IMG/VR virus record: IMGVR_UViG_3300032038_000053
Coordinates: 13,788 to 77,787 of that record
DNA: 64,000 bases
Source: a virus
Lineage: Duplodnaviria; Caudoviricetes
Reading direction: 5' to 3' (one strand)
Below, piece after piece: positions 38,801 to 48,552 of this stretch. Within the stretch, counting starts at the first letter, position 1, and each line of letters begins with the position of its first letter. The notes beneath the pieces were generated by a model. It did no database searches, was not told where the DNA came from, and worked only from the letters and a program-made list of their open reading frames with translations. A program made the position numbers and the translations under genes.

Positions 38801-40260
38801 CGATCACCAAAATGTTTTGTGGAATCTAATTCTTGTGCTTCATATTCATACACAACTAACATCTTATCAACAATTCTACGAACTCCATCACGGCTCCAAC
38901 CACGACCTGCAACTTCGATAATGTTGTGACGTATTTCCAGAATCAAAGAATCAATTCTGTCACGATGTTTGGATTGATGTTCTTGTTTTCTTGCAAATCC
39001 CAGACGAGATGTCTTTCGTGCTTGTTCAGGTTCTGTGTAATCTTCTTCAATTACATCATAAATCTCCGCTAAGATATTGAATGATCTGATCAATTTATTG
39101 ACACACTCACTCTTTGTCATATGCCTTGTTTCTCTCTTTAGATAAAACAAGTTTTCATATAATGATTGAAGTTTCTTGAATGTTGCTTTATCATCGAACG
39201 TTGTGTCATGTGGAGAATAACGATATCCACTTCCTGATGAAGTTGGACGAATAAATCCACCTTCTTGGACAATATTGTCAAAATCATTATTGAAATAAAA
39301 TGAATCTGTTGTTACTTCTGGTGGAGGAGCCTGTGATTGTTGTTGTTGAGTCTGTTGTGGTTGTTGTTGTGGATTTTGATTATTCTGATTATTTCCATTA
39401 TTCGCCGATACACCAGAAAGGATATCCTTAAATGCATTAATAATGATAGATGTCGTCATATTGAGACTCTTCAATCCCTCAGTGATTGCTGCAACATACC
39501 ATTTGAATTCCTGAGAGCCCTTATCTTCATCAGATAATGATGACTTCTGTTGATTAATAAAATTATTCGTTCCCTGCAGTTTCTCTAATAATTTTGTCTG
39601 ATATTTCATAATTGTACTAATCATATTTTTGACTTCATTTGTTGGATGCTCTTTACGAGGAGAAGTCTTAATCGCATTTTCTATATCATTTTTTGTGTCA
39701 GAATTATTATAATCTTTTTCTAATTCTTTAAAATCGGAGTATATTACTTGATATTCCTTTACCTTTGTTTTATCAAATTTTTGATAAATATTCACATCAC
39801 TCTTCAGCAATTGCTCAAATGTATTAAATACCGCAGTTTGAGCGTGTCGTTCTTTTGATGTAAAATTATCATAAGCCTCTTCTAAAACATCCCACCAATA
39901 ATCTTTCATTGATACAGCTGGTGTATTGATATTTTCTATTTGCTTATATAAGTCTTGAATTTTTCCATTTTGTATTTTTGCTTGAATTTGTCTCATGAGT
40001 CTGGAAAAGAATTGAACAACTCGATCAAACATTTTAACACCATTATTATTGTCTTTAGCATTCACGTCGGTTGTTTGTGATGAAGTATCAGAATTAGCCT
40101 CATTGTTATTTGCATCACCAATATCATTTTTTGCACCAGATGCATCTGACATTTCAGATTGTTGTAATGATTCATTTTCCATATAGAAGTAAAATAGATC
40201 ATCGTCCAATTCTTGAAACATTTCTGCAATTAGCTCGTCATGTTCTTCTAATGATAGCAT
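35860..40260 (-). CDS. large multidomain (polyvalent-type) virion protein with C-terminal GNAT acetyltransferase
   Basis: 1466 aa; GNAT ALEVSTEYQTKGFGTDLL...NDRALQMYLKHGW; two papain/transglutaminase-like units; possible ART-like unit; QE-delimited modules. Confidence 0.7.
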   Translation of the reverse strand: MLSLEEHDELIAEMFQELDDDLFYFYMENESLQQSEMSDASGAKNDIGDANNNEANSDTSSQTTDVNAKDNNNGVKMFDRVVQFFSRLMRQIQAKIQNGKIQDLYKQIENINTPAVSMKDYWWDVLEEAYDNFTSKERHAQTAVFNTFEQLLKSDVNIYQKFDKTKVKEYQVIYSDFKELEKDYNNSDTKNDIENAIKTSPRKEHPTNEVKNMISTIMKYQTKLLEKLQGTNNFINQQKSSLSDEDKGSQEFKWYVAAITEGLKSLNMTTSIIINAFKDILSGVSANNGNNQNNQNPQQQPQQTQQQQSQAPPPEVTTDSFYFNNDFDNIVQEGGFIRPTSSGSGYRYSPHDTTFDDKATFKKLQSLYENLFYLKRETRHMTKSECVNKLIRSFNILAEIYDVIEEDYTEPEQARKTSRLGFARKQEHQSKHRDRIDSLILEIRHNIIEVAGRGWSRDGVRRIVDKMLVVYEYEAQELDSTKHFGDRIRSTGVDKVRNKLFKMMMDSSVEVIDDELFMEGKLSTEQRKQLKDKQYGIPSLRKYPLTDETHVLQAVRFFSKAPEEYKEELARNIVKRAKELNMAWEQWDVLKPYLDESVQEATMIQCSDDREIDIPAGPDKTLTVDSKDWDMIIKEYPEVKDKTVKAGSLLYRITNRKESIGTKRKYVTLTRADALKYTDPKHGIVDNKSSAKIAVYKLKKELKIAGADAVLDILEKVYHKSEFEFDDIKHFSFLKPDSRIVSELNKQGYDGLFDPMDIVFAKTATVIFNPKDIIELDHYESLDDDDDITQEAFTDIKFKEDIPHDKHNELFDHPTWKQLQTLYDKIHNYKVGIPNSHGKVKEQSEKKIEKHYHFLSPQEFEKYKGGLSLDYNEYVRDYCEQRSIDFKQFYIITETKPTITHTLTIVPLPDLDQYALIHFGFDAFGDNTSELLAAELTVIKKDVDGSETESKLTLKRALEMEFDRLTRTMFRLKTVKKHYHQFKYSVFQYKGHPKYGATKEECMDWMSQHGQYFCDGMARDQKYQNRSYQESAVSVNELKQMTGEVYQQALQIKYGCLNEDGERITASPFKDSWKMIVDYHSQSIQSIEESKLGCCFEHAFYVGNLLKQKDLPYQVFFLNVNIQNEETPEIPITFWHQFTIVPNDADSVVLIETSLTPDKNGVFLVRDMEDAVQHLINSFNITLTDEQKESMNQDLIDVTNMEPVDGDTYLGMIDNIYKNGKAIKDEIRIGHRNEMMITFFNFMHEKQYLNEDGEKLYAQLDNFDPDTPFEIYALMSFKDHLFNEQGISFIDESGLLEPETFFDLTPKEMESKLNGFVQESYMENHHNKLKADYKYIPLTPKSVKQYAPQGSFKVGLQHVRVTKDTHGAIYIDNSDVVVGYVAIEKKANGERWITALEVSTEYQTKGFGTDLLQIAVDEFHADHLTVNRDNDRALQMYLKHGWVVSEATDKMYFMKLNNGDDTNEIN

Positions 40261-40356
40261 GTTATCACCTCTGAATAGTTAAGTCATACATTTAGAAAAT
40301 TAAATTAGGAAGTGCGGGGCCAATGCCCCGCATATTTCCCATATGTTTCGCATTAA

Positions 40357-40617
40357 TTAAAACCAACGACCAATCTTTGGTGTTGTAGCTTCCTTCTCCT
40401 GCTTGTAGCCCAGAGCAAGATCAGAGTCTTCGATGTCAATATCAAAAGTCTCAGTCTTCAGCTTACCGTTACCACCAGAAATGATGGATTCAGGATTGAA
40501 AGAATTAAACTTGGAATCGAACAGATCCTTGTAGGAAGAGGATGCAGCGTCATAGCTTTCTTGATAGGTTGCACCATTATCGATGTCGAAACCGTATGCA
40601 AAATCGTTTTCAAACAT
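40357..40617 (-). CDS. small hypothetical virion-region protein
   Basis: 86 aa, SD AAGGAG, TYQES motif. Confidence 0.7.
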   Translation of the reverse strand: MFENDFAYGFDIDNGATYQESYDAASSSYKDLFDSKFNSFNPESIISGGNGKLKTETFDIDIEDSDLALGYKQEKEATTPKIGRWF

Positions 40618-40631
40618 ACTCGTATTCTCCT

Positions 40632-42023
40632 TTACTGTGTATTTGTACCAATCGCATCATCGCGTTTGTCGTACAGAACTTTTAGCATATCGTTAATGTA
40701 TAACTGATTGATCGATATCAGCATTCGATATGTTGAGACATAACTAACTGTCGTAAACACAATCTTTCTATGTTGCCAATCGATATAATATCCATCATCA
40801 ATCAAAGTATGATTTTCTCGTAATTTGATAGAGATGAAGATACGTGGATCAATATTGTTCCTTAGATGATAATCCAATAACTGTTCCAAAGTAATCCCTA
40901 ATACGGAATGGAAATCAATCTCACGTTCATTCCAATCCAATTTGATAATTGGTTTAGAATGGATTTTCCATCCATATGGCAATGGAAAATCTTTTTCGTT
41001 AAAGGTATCCGAAAAGATCGGTATCGAGACTGAATAAGGCTTTGGTTCCATCCGTCGGAATGGGCCCGGATTTGGAACAGATAAATCGAACAATCCGATT
41101 GTGTTAAATTCACATCGTAATGTGAATGTAATTGGACAGTCATTTTCTACCATATTTGATTTTGTAACCTGGGTGTAGTTAAGATCAGAAATTCGACACA
41201 ACAACGTTGTCATGTAATAAGCATAGAAAGCATCTTGATGTCTACCGGATGAAAATCGATAAGAGATTGGAAAATAAGAATTCATATTCAAATAATCCAA
41301 AAATCGAGCCACACTTTCGTGTTCATCTTTCACAGACAATCCAGCATACCGTGCAGTTTCTTCTAAGAAGCCATCTGGTATCGCTAACTCTAAAGCAGTT
41401 TCAATATCAAAGTAATGATTGCCATCTGTTGGTATCTTGTTGATTAGATAAGATGCCCATCTCAATTGCTCCATAGAACTTTGAAAGCTCAACACGAAAT
41501 CAAAGTTGACAACAACACGATTGATCTTACCACGCCATTCAATTCCTTTCTGATTGTCGAAAAACATTCTCTCCATCTCAGACCGATTCCGGAATCTATT
41601 AGACGTAGATTGCCAATTGGTTAAGCCAAATGATCCAGCTGCTAAACGTTCGTCAAGTCCAGATAATGAAATTCGTGGATTCACAATGCACATTGGATAT
41701 GGCATTGAACGAATTTGTTTTGGTGTATGTCGTAATTGTCGATGTGCAATCTTTGTCGAAGGCATCACCGTTGCAAACGTTTTATTTGGAAATTGATCTA
41801 CCATGAATTGCAAAATAATACCAGTTACATTTCCAATCGTATGCACCATGTCTGTACCACTTTCACATGCTAATGAAATTTCACATTGATGTCCATTACG
41901 TTCTTTTGCATAACCATTGTATTGGTAATGCATCCCAGGTCGATAAATCGTTTGATCTTGTTTACCCTCACTGAAATCGTTCCGATTTTGATCATTAAAT
42001 CGGGTATCATGATATTCACTCAT
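40632..42023 (-). CDS. putative virion structural protein
   Basis: 463-aa beta-rich ORF overlapping the baseplate-like gene. Confidence 0.55.
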   Translation of the reverse strand: MSEYHDTRFNDQNRNDFSEGKQDQTIYRPGMHYQYNGYAKERNGHQCEISLACESGTDMVHTIGNVTGIILQFMVDQFPNKTFATVMPSTKIAHRQLRHTPKQIRSMPYPMCIVNPRISLSGLDERLAAGSFGLTNWQSTSNRFRNRSEMERMFFDNQKGIEWRGKINRVVVNFDFVLSFQSSMEQLRWASYLINKIPTDGNHYFDIETALELAIPDGFLEETARYAGLSVKDEHESVARFLDYLNMNSYFPISYRFSSGRHQDAFYAYYMTTLLCRISDLNYTQVTKSNMVENDCPITFTLRCEFNTIGLFDLSVPNPGPFRRMEPKPYSVSIPIFSDTFNEKDFPLPYGWKIHSKPIIKLDWNEREIDFHSVLGITLEQLLDYHLRNNIDPRIFISIKLRENHTLIDDGYYIDWQHRKIVFTTVSYVSTYRMLISINQLYINDMLKVLYDKRDDAIGTNTQ

Positions 42024-42471
42024 GTGTGTAAATACCAGCGTGTTCCATACGTGAAATCAGAATTGCCATTAGTTTTGAGAAATAATTAATATCGTAATAT
42101 TTAATGTAATCAAATTTGAATTCCATAATGGATGGACAACGATTGAGAATCATAATAGGTCTCCACATATTGGTGACACCATATTTGTCATATGCATACA
42201 ATTTTGGATTACATTGATATTTCTCAGAATCAAATTTTTCAATCTGATACATCTTTCCAGTATTATTGTAAGATTCAATCATATGAAAGAATTCTAATGG
42301 TACATAGTTTAGAACCACTTCCCAGTTTGTTGGTGGAAGATAAGCTCCAAGATAAGCTTCTGTTTGCGGAACACGTAATGTTGTTGAATTTGAGATATTC
42401 CCTAACGTGTATAAATCGGCATTAATATATTCCAGCAGTGAGGATATGGACGTTTTTTCATCCGAAGTCAT
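42016..42471 (-). CDS. T4 gp53-like (LysM-type) baseplate wedge protein
   Basis: YQCNPKLYAYDKYGVTNMWRPIMILN resembles the gp53 pattern Y..RPD.lAyd.YG...lW..I...N. Confidence 0.55.
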   Translation of the reverse strand: MTSDEKTSISSLLEYINADLYTLGNISNSTTLRVPQTEAYLGAYLPPTNWEVVLNYVPLEFFHMIESYNNTGKMYQIEKFDSEKYQCNPKLYAYDKYGVTNMWRPIMILNRCPSIMEFKFDYIKYYDINYFSKLMAILISRMEHAGIYTHE

Positions 42472-42488
42472 GGAAACACCTCCTCTAG

Positions 42489-42755
42489 TTATATTCGTAC
42501 ATACATATTGAAAATGTCATTATCATCAGATACCAGTGTTGCGTCTAAACCACCTGCTGGAACAACACATTCACCTTTCAGCACAACATAAAATGACTCA
42601 GTCAAATTAAATTGTTTTGATGTAAAATCAATTGATGAAAAGATTGGTGATGTGATTGAAACAACATCACCATCATGAAATGTTCCAACAGAAATGATAT
42701 GACATTTTGATGTATGTGGAATTTCATATCGTACTGGACTGTGTTGCAGTAACAT
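42489..42755 (-). CDS. hypothetical protein
   Basis: 88 aa, coupled to upstream gene. Confidence 0.6.
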   Translation of the reverse strand: MLLQHSPVRYEIPHTSKCHIISVGTFHDGDVVSITSPIFSSIDFTSKQFNLTESFYVVLKGECVVPAGGLDATLVSDDNDIFNMYVRI

Positions 42756-43732
42756 TATGCATACTGCTTCTTCTGAGGAAGCGGTGCAGAACCTCTATTG
42801 AGAGCTTCGCCAATTGCATAACCAGAGTCATTAAGAGTCTTTGTTAGAGTATTGGTGGAACCAATGATTCTCTTAGCTGCACGACTCATTTCAGACATAG
42901 CCTGTCTAGAACGATTACCATTACCAGCTGCCTGTGCTGCATAAACTGCACCAGTACTCTTTACAGAGTCGCTATTCAGGCCTTCGGTTACACTCTCACA
43001 GAATGTCTTGAGTGTATAAGCTGTCTTGATATAATCAGCGATATCGCTTTCGGTCACATAGTCGCTAGTTCTAATTGGTGTATCCATTGCTGCAGTTGCA
43101 TATTCTAGTGCAATGATAAACTTATTTAGATCACCACCAACATACTCTGATTCTGATGTTGAGACATATTCCTTTACGACGTAATCTACATTACCCTTTA
43201 GACCAAATGCAGGAAGACAATCCTGAATGGACTTCATAAAGATACCAGCCTTTGTTCTAAGAGATGTACCATCCTTAAAACCACGACCAATATACACACC
43301 ATCATTGTCAGCCTTCTGTGCAATTCTGTGTGCTGTTGCAGATGCAAATTCATCTAGATCGCTATCGCGAAGATTTGTAGGAACACCAGTAATCTTAGCA
43401 GCACCACAAATTGCTTGCCAGCTCTTATCAGCAGCTGTACCAAGCTTAGATGTGGTCTGTTGAATTAGATTAAGGAATCCCTTGGAGGATCGATTAAATG
43501 CCTCCTGTACGCATTCCAGACCTTCATTAACATCTGTAGGAAGACCTGCTTCAGTGGCTGCTTCTTGCACATAAGCCAGTTCATTAGCATCAAGATCCAT
43601 GATCTCAACAGCTGCTTCATAAATTTTATTAGAAACTTCGATCTGACCAAGTGCTTCTTGAATGTAAGCATCTTGAATACATGCGTCGCCAGTAGCATAG
43701 TCTAACATCAAATCTGTAAACTTCATAATCAT
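42755..43732 (-). CDS. putative virion head protein
   Basis: 325 aa; YIQE, YVQE, CVQE motifs in N-terminal region. Confidence 0.65.
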   Translation of the reverse strand: MIMKFTDLMLDYATGDACIQDAYIQEALGQIEVSNKIYEAAVEIMDLDANELAYVQEAATEAGLPTDVNEGLECVQEAFNRSSKGFLNLIQQTTSKLGTAADKSWQAICGAAKITGVPTNLRDSDLDEFASATAHRIAQKADNDGVYIGRGFKDGTSLRTKAGIFMKSIQDCLPAFGLKGNVDYVVKEYVSTSESEYVGGDLNKFIIALEYATAAMDTPIRTSDYVTESDIADYIKTAYTLKTFCESVTEGLNSDSVKSTGAVYAAQAAGNGNRSRQAMSEMSRAAKRIIGSTNTLTKTLNDSGYAIGEALNRGSAPLPQKKQYA

Positions 43733-43834
43733 TAATTCCTTTCATGAATGGATTTTCACAGCAAGTTTATTTGAGGAAGAGCCCCCTGATCCTCAATAAC
43801 CCGTGTAAATTAACATTGAGTTGACACTAATATA

Positions 43835-46129
43835 TTATTCGCCAATATTGTCCTTTGATTCATATGATGAGTTATTAAATTGCTCCCAGCAATGTTCTAA
43901 TTCTTGATAAATCTGTTTATGAGAATAATCTTTGCACTTGTTATAGAATTGCTTCATAAACTTATTTCCAAGATCTGTTAATTCATCAGAATTTAATACA
44001 GAATTTTCATCAAGCTCTTTCATCTCACGTTTTCCATCAGGTGTTAACAAACCATGTTTACTTAAGAATTTATAAACTTCTTTCATTCGTTTGATTGCTT
44101 CTTTTTCGGATTCACCGTTATTAACATGCCATTCGATTGCATCATACTTTTCAAATTGCTGATCGGAGAAGTAATTCTTTCTTGCAAATGTAATGGTTTT
44201 GATGGTGTTATCGCTATTAACCTTGACAGAGACAGACATAATCTTGGATACTAATTCACCGTTTGTTTCAGTAATATCTAATGCTTTCTTACTAATGTTA
44301 TCTACCTTACCAGGGAATACAATCGATCGATCTAACTCTACTTCAATATCTTTCACAATTGTAACAGATACACATTTACCATTTTCATATTGAACAGTAA
44401 ATTTTCCATAATCATCAACATCGGTTTTACCACGTTTAGGTGATCCATATTTATCTTCCAACTTTTTTTGAACTTTGGATTGTGTATCACCAAACTTGAT
44501 ATCTCCAACTTTTTCGCATGGCTTTACTTCAATTTTCAAATCCTGTTCACTAATATATCTTTTTTCTCTGGATTTTTCTCCATCACCTTGATTATATGAT
44601 TCATCCATCTCTTGATAATATTCTTTCAATTCGCCAGTTGTTGGATCAATGTAATATTCTTCTTCATATCCAAAATGATCATGATCTTCAGCAACAACAT
44701 CTGGTTCTACCTCAATTGGATCTAATGATGTGGAAATTGTTGACACTGATGATGATCCATGTTCATAACGATTAATCAATTCATTTGCACGTACTTTGTA
44801 TGCATTAATCAATTCAGTTTTCAATGAACGCTTTTGAACTCCCTGATCAACCAACAATCTATATTTTGGATCTCCTTCATCTTTTGCAATCATTAATGCA
44901 ACAACTGCTGTTGCAATATTCATTACTGTATCATCCGTATATTTCATACCGTTAATTTGTACACCGTTCTTTTCTGCTAATTTTTGTAATTCTTGTTGTT
45001 TACGAAGCTTCATCATGAGTTCTCCGACTTTTGCAAATATCTCATCATCCATAGATGGTTTTGATGCGGGTATCTCAGCTTTGATGATTGTAACATCTTC
45101 CATGATTGTTGTATCACCATCATCAATATCTTCATTAAATGAATTAAAGAACCATAATTTTTTTGCAATATCACGAGCATGACGAATGACAACGTGTTGT
45201 GATCTTTCAGATTCACTAATCATGTCTTGTTGTAAACGATTCATCAACTTAACTGTTTTCTTGATCAAAAAACTATTCTTCTTTTTGGAATGCTTTAATT
45301 CTTTGATATTCTGCTCAATTTGAGTAATATCATCTTCAACGATTCTTTGCATTCCTTTGTAAGAACGATTTTCATGCGATGAATGCATCACCTCATCTTC
45401 ATCTTGTTTTTCGAAAAAATCATGACGCATGTTTTTCAAATCACCAAAGATACTTTCTAATTCTTCAACGACTTGTTCTTTATCCATACGATGCATCAAT
45501 TCTTTATATAGATGCTCCAAATCTTTTGCAGAATCAGCAATAGCACTATAGTACTTATTCTCTGCATCAGACGTTTTCTTGTATTCTTCTAGTTTCTTAC
45601 TTGCTTGAATACGAGTTGCTGATTCTCCGTATACAGTATCTTTGTGATTATTTACACCAGGAGGATCACCAACAGATTCACCTTCGAAATCTACATCGTC
45701 ATCGTCATCATCATCTTCTTCTTTTTCATCTTCTTTTTCATCTGATTCATCTTCATCGTCGTCATCCGATTCTTCATCATCAGAATCATCATCTTTATCC
45801 TTTTCCTTATCCTTGTCTTTTTTCTTTTTGGATTTCTTTTTCTTTTTATCATCATCTTCATCGTCATCATCTTTGTCGGATTCTTTATCCAACTCTTTCT
45901 CTTCGTCTTCATAATCTTCATCATCCACATCTACATCAACGTCTTCTATCTCAGTATCAGGACGATCATCGTCATCATATTTATCATCATACTTTTCTTT
46001 TATTTCATCATCATCTTTTGCTTCTTGATAAAATAAAGAACCATTATAACGATTTGGTCTCTTCTTTTTCTTGCTATTTTCTTTTTCTAGCAATTCCAAA
46101 GTATCTCCGAAATCAATCATTACCGACAC
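43835..46129 (-). CDS. putative virion protein with long D/E/K low-complexity tract
   Basis: 764 aa; FYQE, YYQE motifs. Confidence 0.7.
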   Translation of the reverse strand: MSVMIDFGDTLELLEKENSKKKKRPNRYNGSLFYQEAKDDDEIKEKYDDKYDDDDRPDTEIEDVDVDVDDEDYEDEEKELDKESDKDDDDEDDDKKKKKSKKKKDKDKEKDKDDDSDDEESDDDDEDESDEKEDEKEEDDDDDDDVDFEGESVGDPPGVNNHKDTVYGESATRIQASKKLEEYKKTSDAENKYYSAIADSAKDLEHLYKELMHRMDKEQVVEELESIFGDLKNMRHDFFEKQDEDEVMHSSHENRSYKGMQRIVEDDITQIEQNIKELKHSKKKNSFLIKKTVKLMNRLQQDMISESERSQHVVIRHARDIAKKLWFFNSFNEDIDDGDTTIMEDVTIIKAEIPASKPSMDDEIFAKVGELMMKLRKQQELQKLAEKNGVQINGMKYTDDTVMNIATAVVALMIAKDEGDPKYRLLVDQGVQKRSLKTELINAYKVRANELINRYEHGSSSVSTISTSLDPIEVEPDVVAEDHDHFGYEEEYYIDPTTGELKEYYQEMDESYNQGDGEKSREKRYISEQDLKIEVKPCEKVGDIKFGDTQSKVQKKLEDKYGSPKRGKTDVDDYGKFTVQYENGKCVSVTIVKDIEVELDRSIVFPGKVDNISKKALDITETNGELVSKIMSVSVKVNSDNTIKTITFARKNYFSDQQFEKYDAIEWHVNNGESEKEAIKRMKEVYKFLSKHGLLTPDGKREMKELDENSVLNSDELTDLGNKFMKQFYNKCKDYSHKQIYQELEHCWEQFNNSSYESKDNIGE

Positions 46130-46141
46130 CTCCCTAAAAAA

Positions 46142-48181
46142 TTAAGCGGAAATTAAATCTCTAGCAGCAGTAGCAACATTATGAACTGCATTAGCTGTGT
46201 TTCTAATATCTGTAGCATTACCAGCAGTTTCACCAAGACCTCTATGTTGATTCTCTAGATTACTGATTGCTTGTTGTTCAGCTGCAGCATCATTTTGTGC
46301 TTTTGCTTGTTTATATTGATCAACATCCCGCTGATATTGTTGTGCAACATCTTCTCGATTGGTTCCCCATAATGCAGCACGCTCATCAAATTCTGCCAAT
46401 AATTTCTGTTGTAATTCTGGAGAATGACGATATTCAAATTCTAACTCACGACGTTCCTGTTGCATTCTGGCTTCTGTTAAACCTGAAGCAAAAATATCAG
46501 CAATCTTTTTAACCCCTCTTCCGAGTAATCTAGTTAACTTATCAATTGCTTGGACACCCGAAGAAATCAATCCACAAACCTTATTTGCTTTTGTAGTCAT
46601 ACCCAATAACAGTTTTACATACCCTTGTGAATTCTTTAATTGTTCAGAATATTGTGATCGTTGTGTTACTTGTTCACCTTGATCGCCATATGCTTCTTCA
46701 ATTTTGGCATTCATGGTTCTATTGATCCATTGCCCAAATGGTGAATTCTTATCATCAATCGTTTTTTGCAGTCTGAATACTTGCTTCTGTAATGTTGTTA
46801 ATGAATTCTTGATACCAACTTTTTGAACAGCTGACTGGACAAATTGCGTCATTCCTTTACCACCGGATTTGTTTAATAATGTATCTAGAGCTGCCAATTG
46901 TTCATCAATTGCTTGTCCTTCTTTCATAGCATTCTGCAAATCACCAACTGCAACAACAATTTGAATTCCTTTATTGTTGATATTCATTTGATTCTTAACT
47001 GGATTTAATTTATCGACGTATCTTTGAATATTCAATGCTGCAACATCAACGGCAGATTCAATGGATGATTTAATTGTCAATTTCATATCATAATACATCG
47101 TCTCAATAAATTCAACCAAGTTTTTTGCATTTCTAATCCATGAAATAATGCCAAAAGGAATTTTCAATGTTTGTGCAACTTTATCGAGCAATTGAGTAGC
47201 ATCACCAGAAGCAGTTGCAATTGTTTGCAATACCTGCTGTATTGTTGAAGCATCAACATTCCCTGATTTACTGGCAATGCTTGCTAATTTATCGCCAGCC
47301 GCATTTGTAGATTGTGCAACATTATTCACAACATTTTGTGCATTAGTGAGCATGGTATTCGTATTGTATTGAGCAGATGTAGCTTTATTTTCACCTTGCT
47401 GCATTAATGATGATACAGTTTTTCCCGCAAACTTATCTGCAGCCATTTTATCAATTGCCAATTGATCAACATCTTCTTGAATCAAAGCATATTCTGTAAC
47501 TTGCGTATTTTCTGCAGGAGTCTGCGTTGCTTCTGCTGATGGAGTAGCAGTAGTTGCAGGAGTCTGTGTTGCCTCTTCTGGTGGAGTATTTGAGTTATTT
47601 TCGATTTCAGAAGCAGCTTGTAACATATTTGCAACTAATGATGCAGCTTGTTCATCAGTCATTCCATCTAATGCTTCTTTAACGCCGGGAGTTTCACGTA
47701 ATGTTTTATGGAAAGATTCAACACGTTGTGCTTCTACATCACCCAATAATTTATTCATCATATTTGCAATAAATTGAGCAACGGCTCTAATTGCTCGAGG
47801 AAGTAATTCTAATATTTTTCGAATTGCGCTTTTACTTTCCTCCGCTGTTTTAGCTTGTGCTTGTGGATTATTTGCATTCGCAACTGGTGCTGGATTTTCT
47901 CCATTTGAAGAAGTTTGATTTGTAGGATTCGCATTAGGTACATTTGCGTTAGGTACATTTGCATTAGGTACAGCGGATTGTTGTTGCTCTACAGGCTTTG
48001 ATGAATTTGGATCATTTGAAACTTCTTGTTCGAAAACAATTTGTTGTCCATGAAGATTCATATAGTATTCCATGTCTAACCGTTTATCATATAATCCAAG
48101 TAATGAAAAAATGGAACTTAGTTCTTGTTCCAATACAATATCATCAATGTTATCAAGTTTTTCCAAGATATTTATTTTCAT
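46142..48181 (-). CDS. putative virion helical/coiled-coil protein
   Basis: 679 aa; Q/N/A-rich; NANVP repeats. Confidence 0.7.
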   Translation of the reverse strand: MKINILEKLDNIDDIVLEQELSSIFSLLGLYDKRLDMEYYMNLHGQQIVFEQEVSNDPNSSKPVEQQQSAVPNANVPNANVPNANPTNQTSSNGENPAPVANANNPQAQAKTAEESKSAIRKILELLPRAIRAVAQFIANMMNKLLGDVEAQRVESFHKTLRETPGVKEALDGMTDEQAASLVANMLQAASEIENNSNTPPEEATQTPATTATPSAEATQTPAENTQVTEYALIQEDVDQLAIDKMAADKFAGKTVSSLMQQGENKATSAQYNTNTMLTNAQNVVNNVAQSTNAAGDKLASIASKSGNVDASTIQQVLQTIATASGDATQLLDKVAQTLKIPFGIISWIRNAKNLVEFIETMYYDMKLTIKSSIESAVDVAALNIQRYVDKLNPVKNQMNINNKGIQIVVAVGDLQNAMKEGQAIDEQLAALDTLLNKSGGKGMTQFVQSAVQKVGIKNSLTTLQKQVFRLQKTIDDKNSPFGQWINRTMNAKIEEAYGDQGEQVTQRSQYSEQLKNSQGYVKLLLGMTTKANKVCGLISSGVQAIDKLTRLLGRGVKKIADIFASGLTEARMQQERRELEFEYRHSPELQQKLLAEFDERAALWGTNREDVAQQYQRDVDQYKQAKAQNDAAAEQQAISNLENQHRGLGETAGNATDIRNTANAVHNVATAARDLISA

Positions 48182-48249
48182 AAATATAACTCCTTTCTTA
48201 TAAAAAATTTAACATTTCGTCTGCCCGGGATATCCCGGGCAGCAATACA

Positions 48250-48552
48250 TTAAAACGGTTCCATGAATGGGAAATTAGAGAACAAATCTTTTTGGAATTC
48301 TTGTAATGTCATTTGCGTATAATTCGGAATCACAATTGATGGATCATTAAACAGTTTATCGTATTCACGATTCACAATCTTTGTTCCAATATCCAACAAG
48401 ATATCCAAATTGCGGTTTACATCTGAATCGTCAATTTTAATCAGTCGACGATATGTGTTGACAAACCCAACCAATTGATGTCCGAAATGTTGCAACTCCA
48501 ATTCTTCAATTCCTTCGATCTCTTGATCTTCATTATTAGAATATAAAATCAT
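48250..48552 (-). CDS. hypothetical protein
   Basis: 100-aa ORF followed by GC hairpin near 48222..48243. Confidence 0.55.
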   Translation of the reverse strand: MILYSNNEDQEIEGIEELELQHFGHQLVGFVNTYRRLIKIDDSDVNRNLDILLDIGTKIVNREYDKLFNDPSIVIPNYTQMTLQEFQKDLFSNFPFMEPF

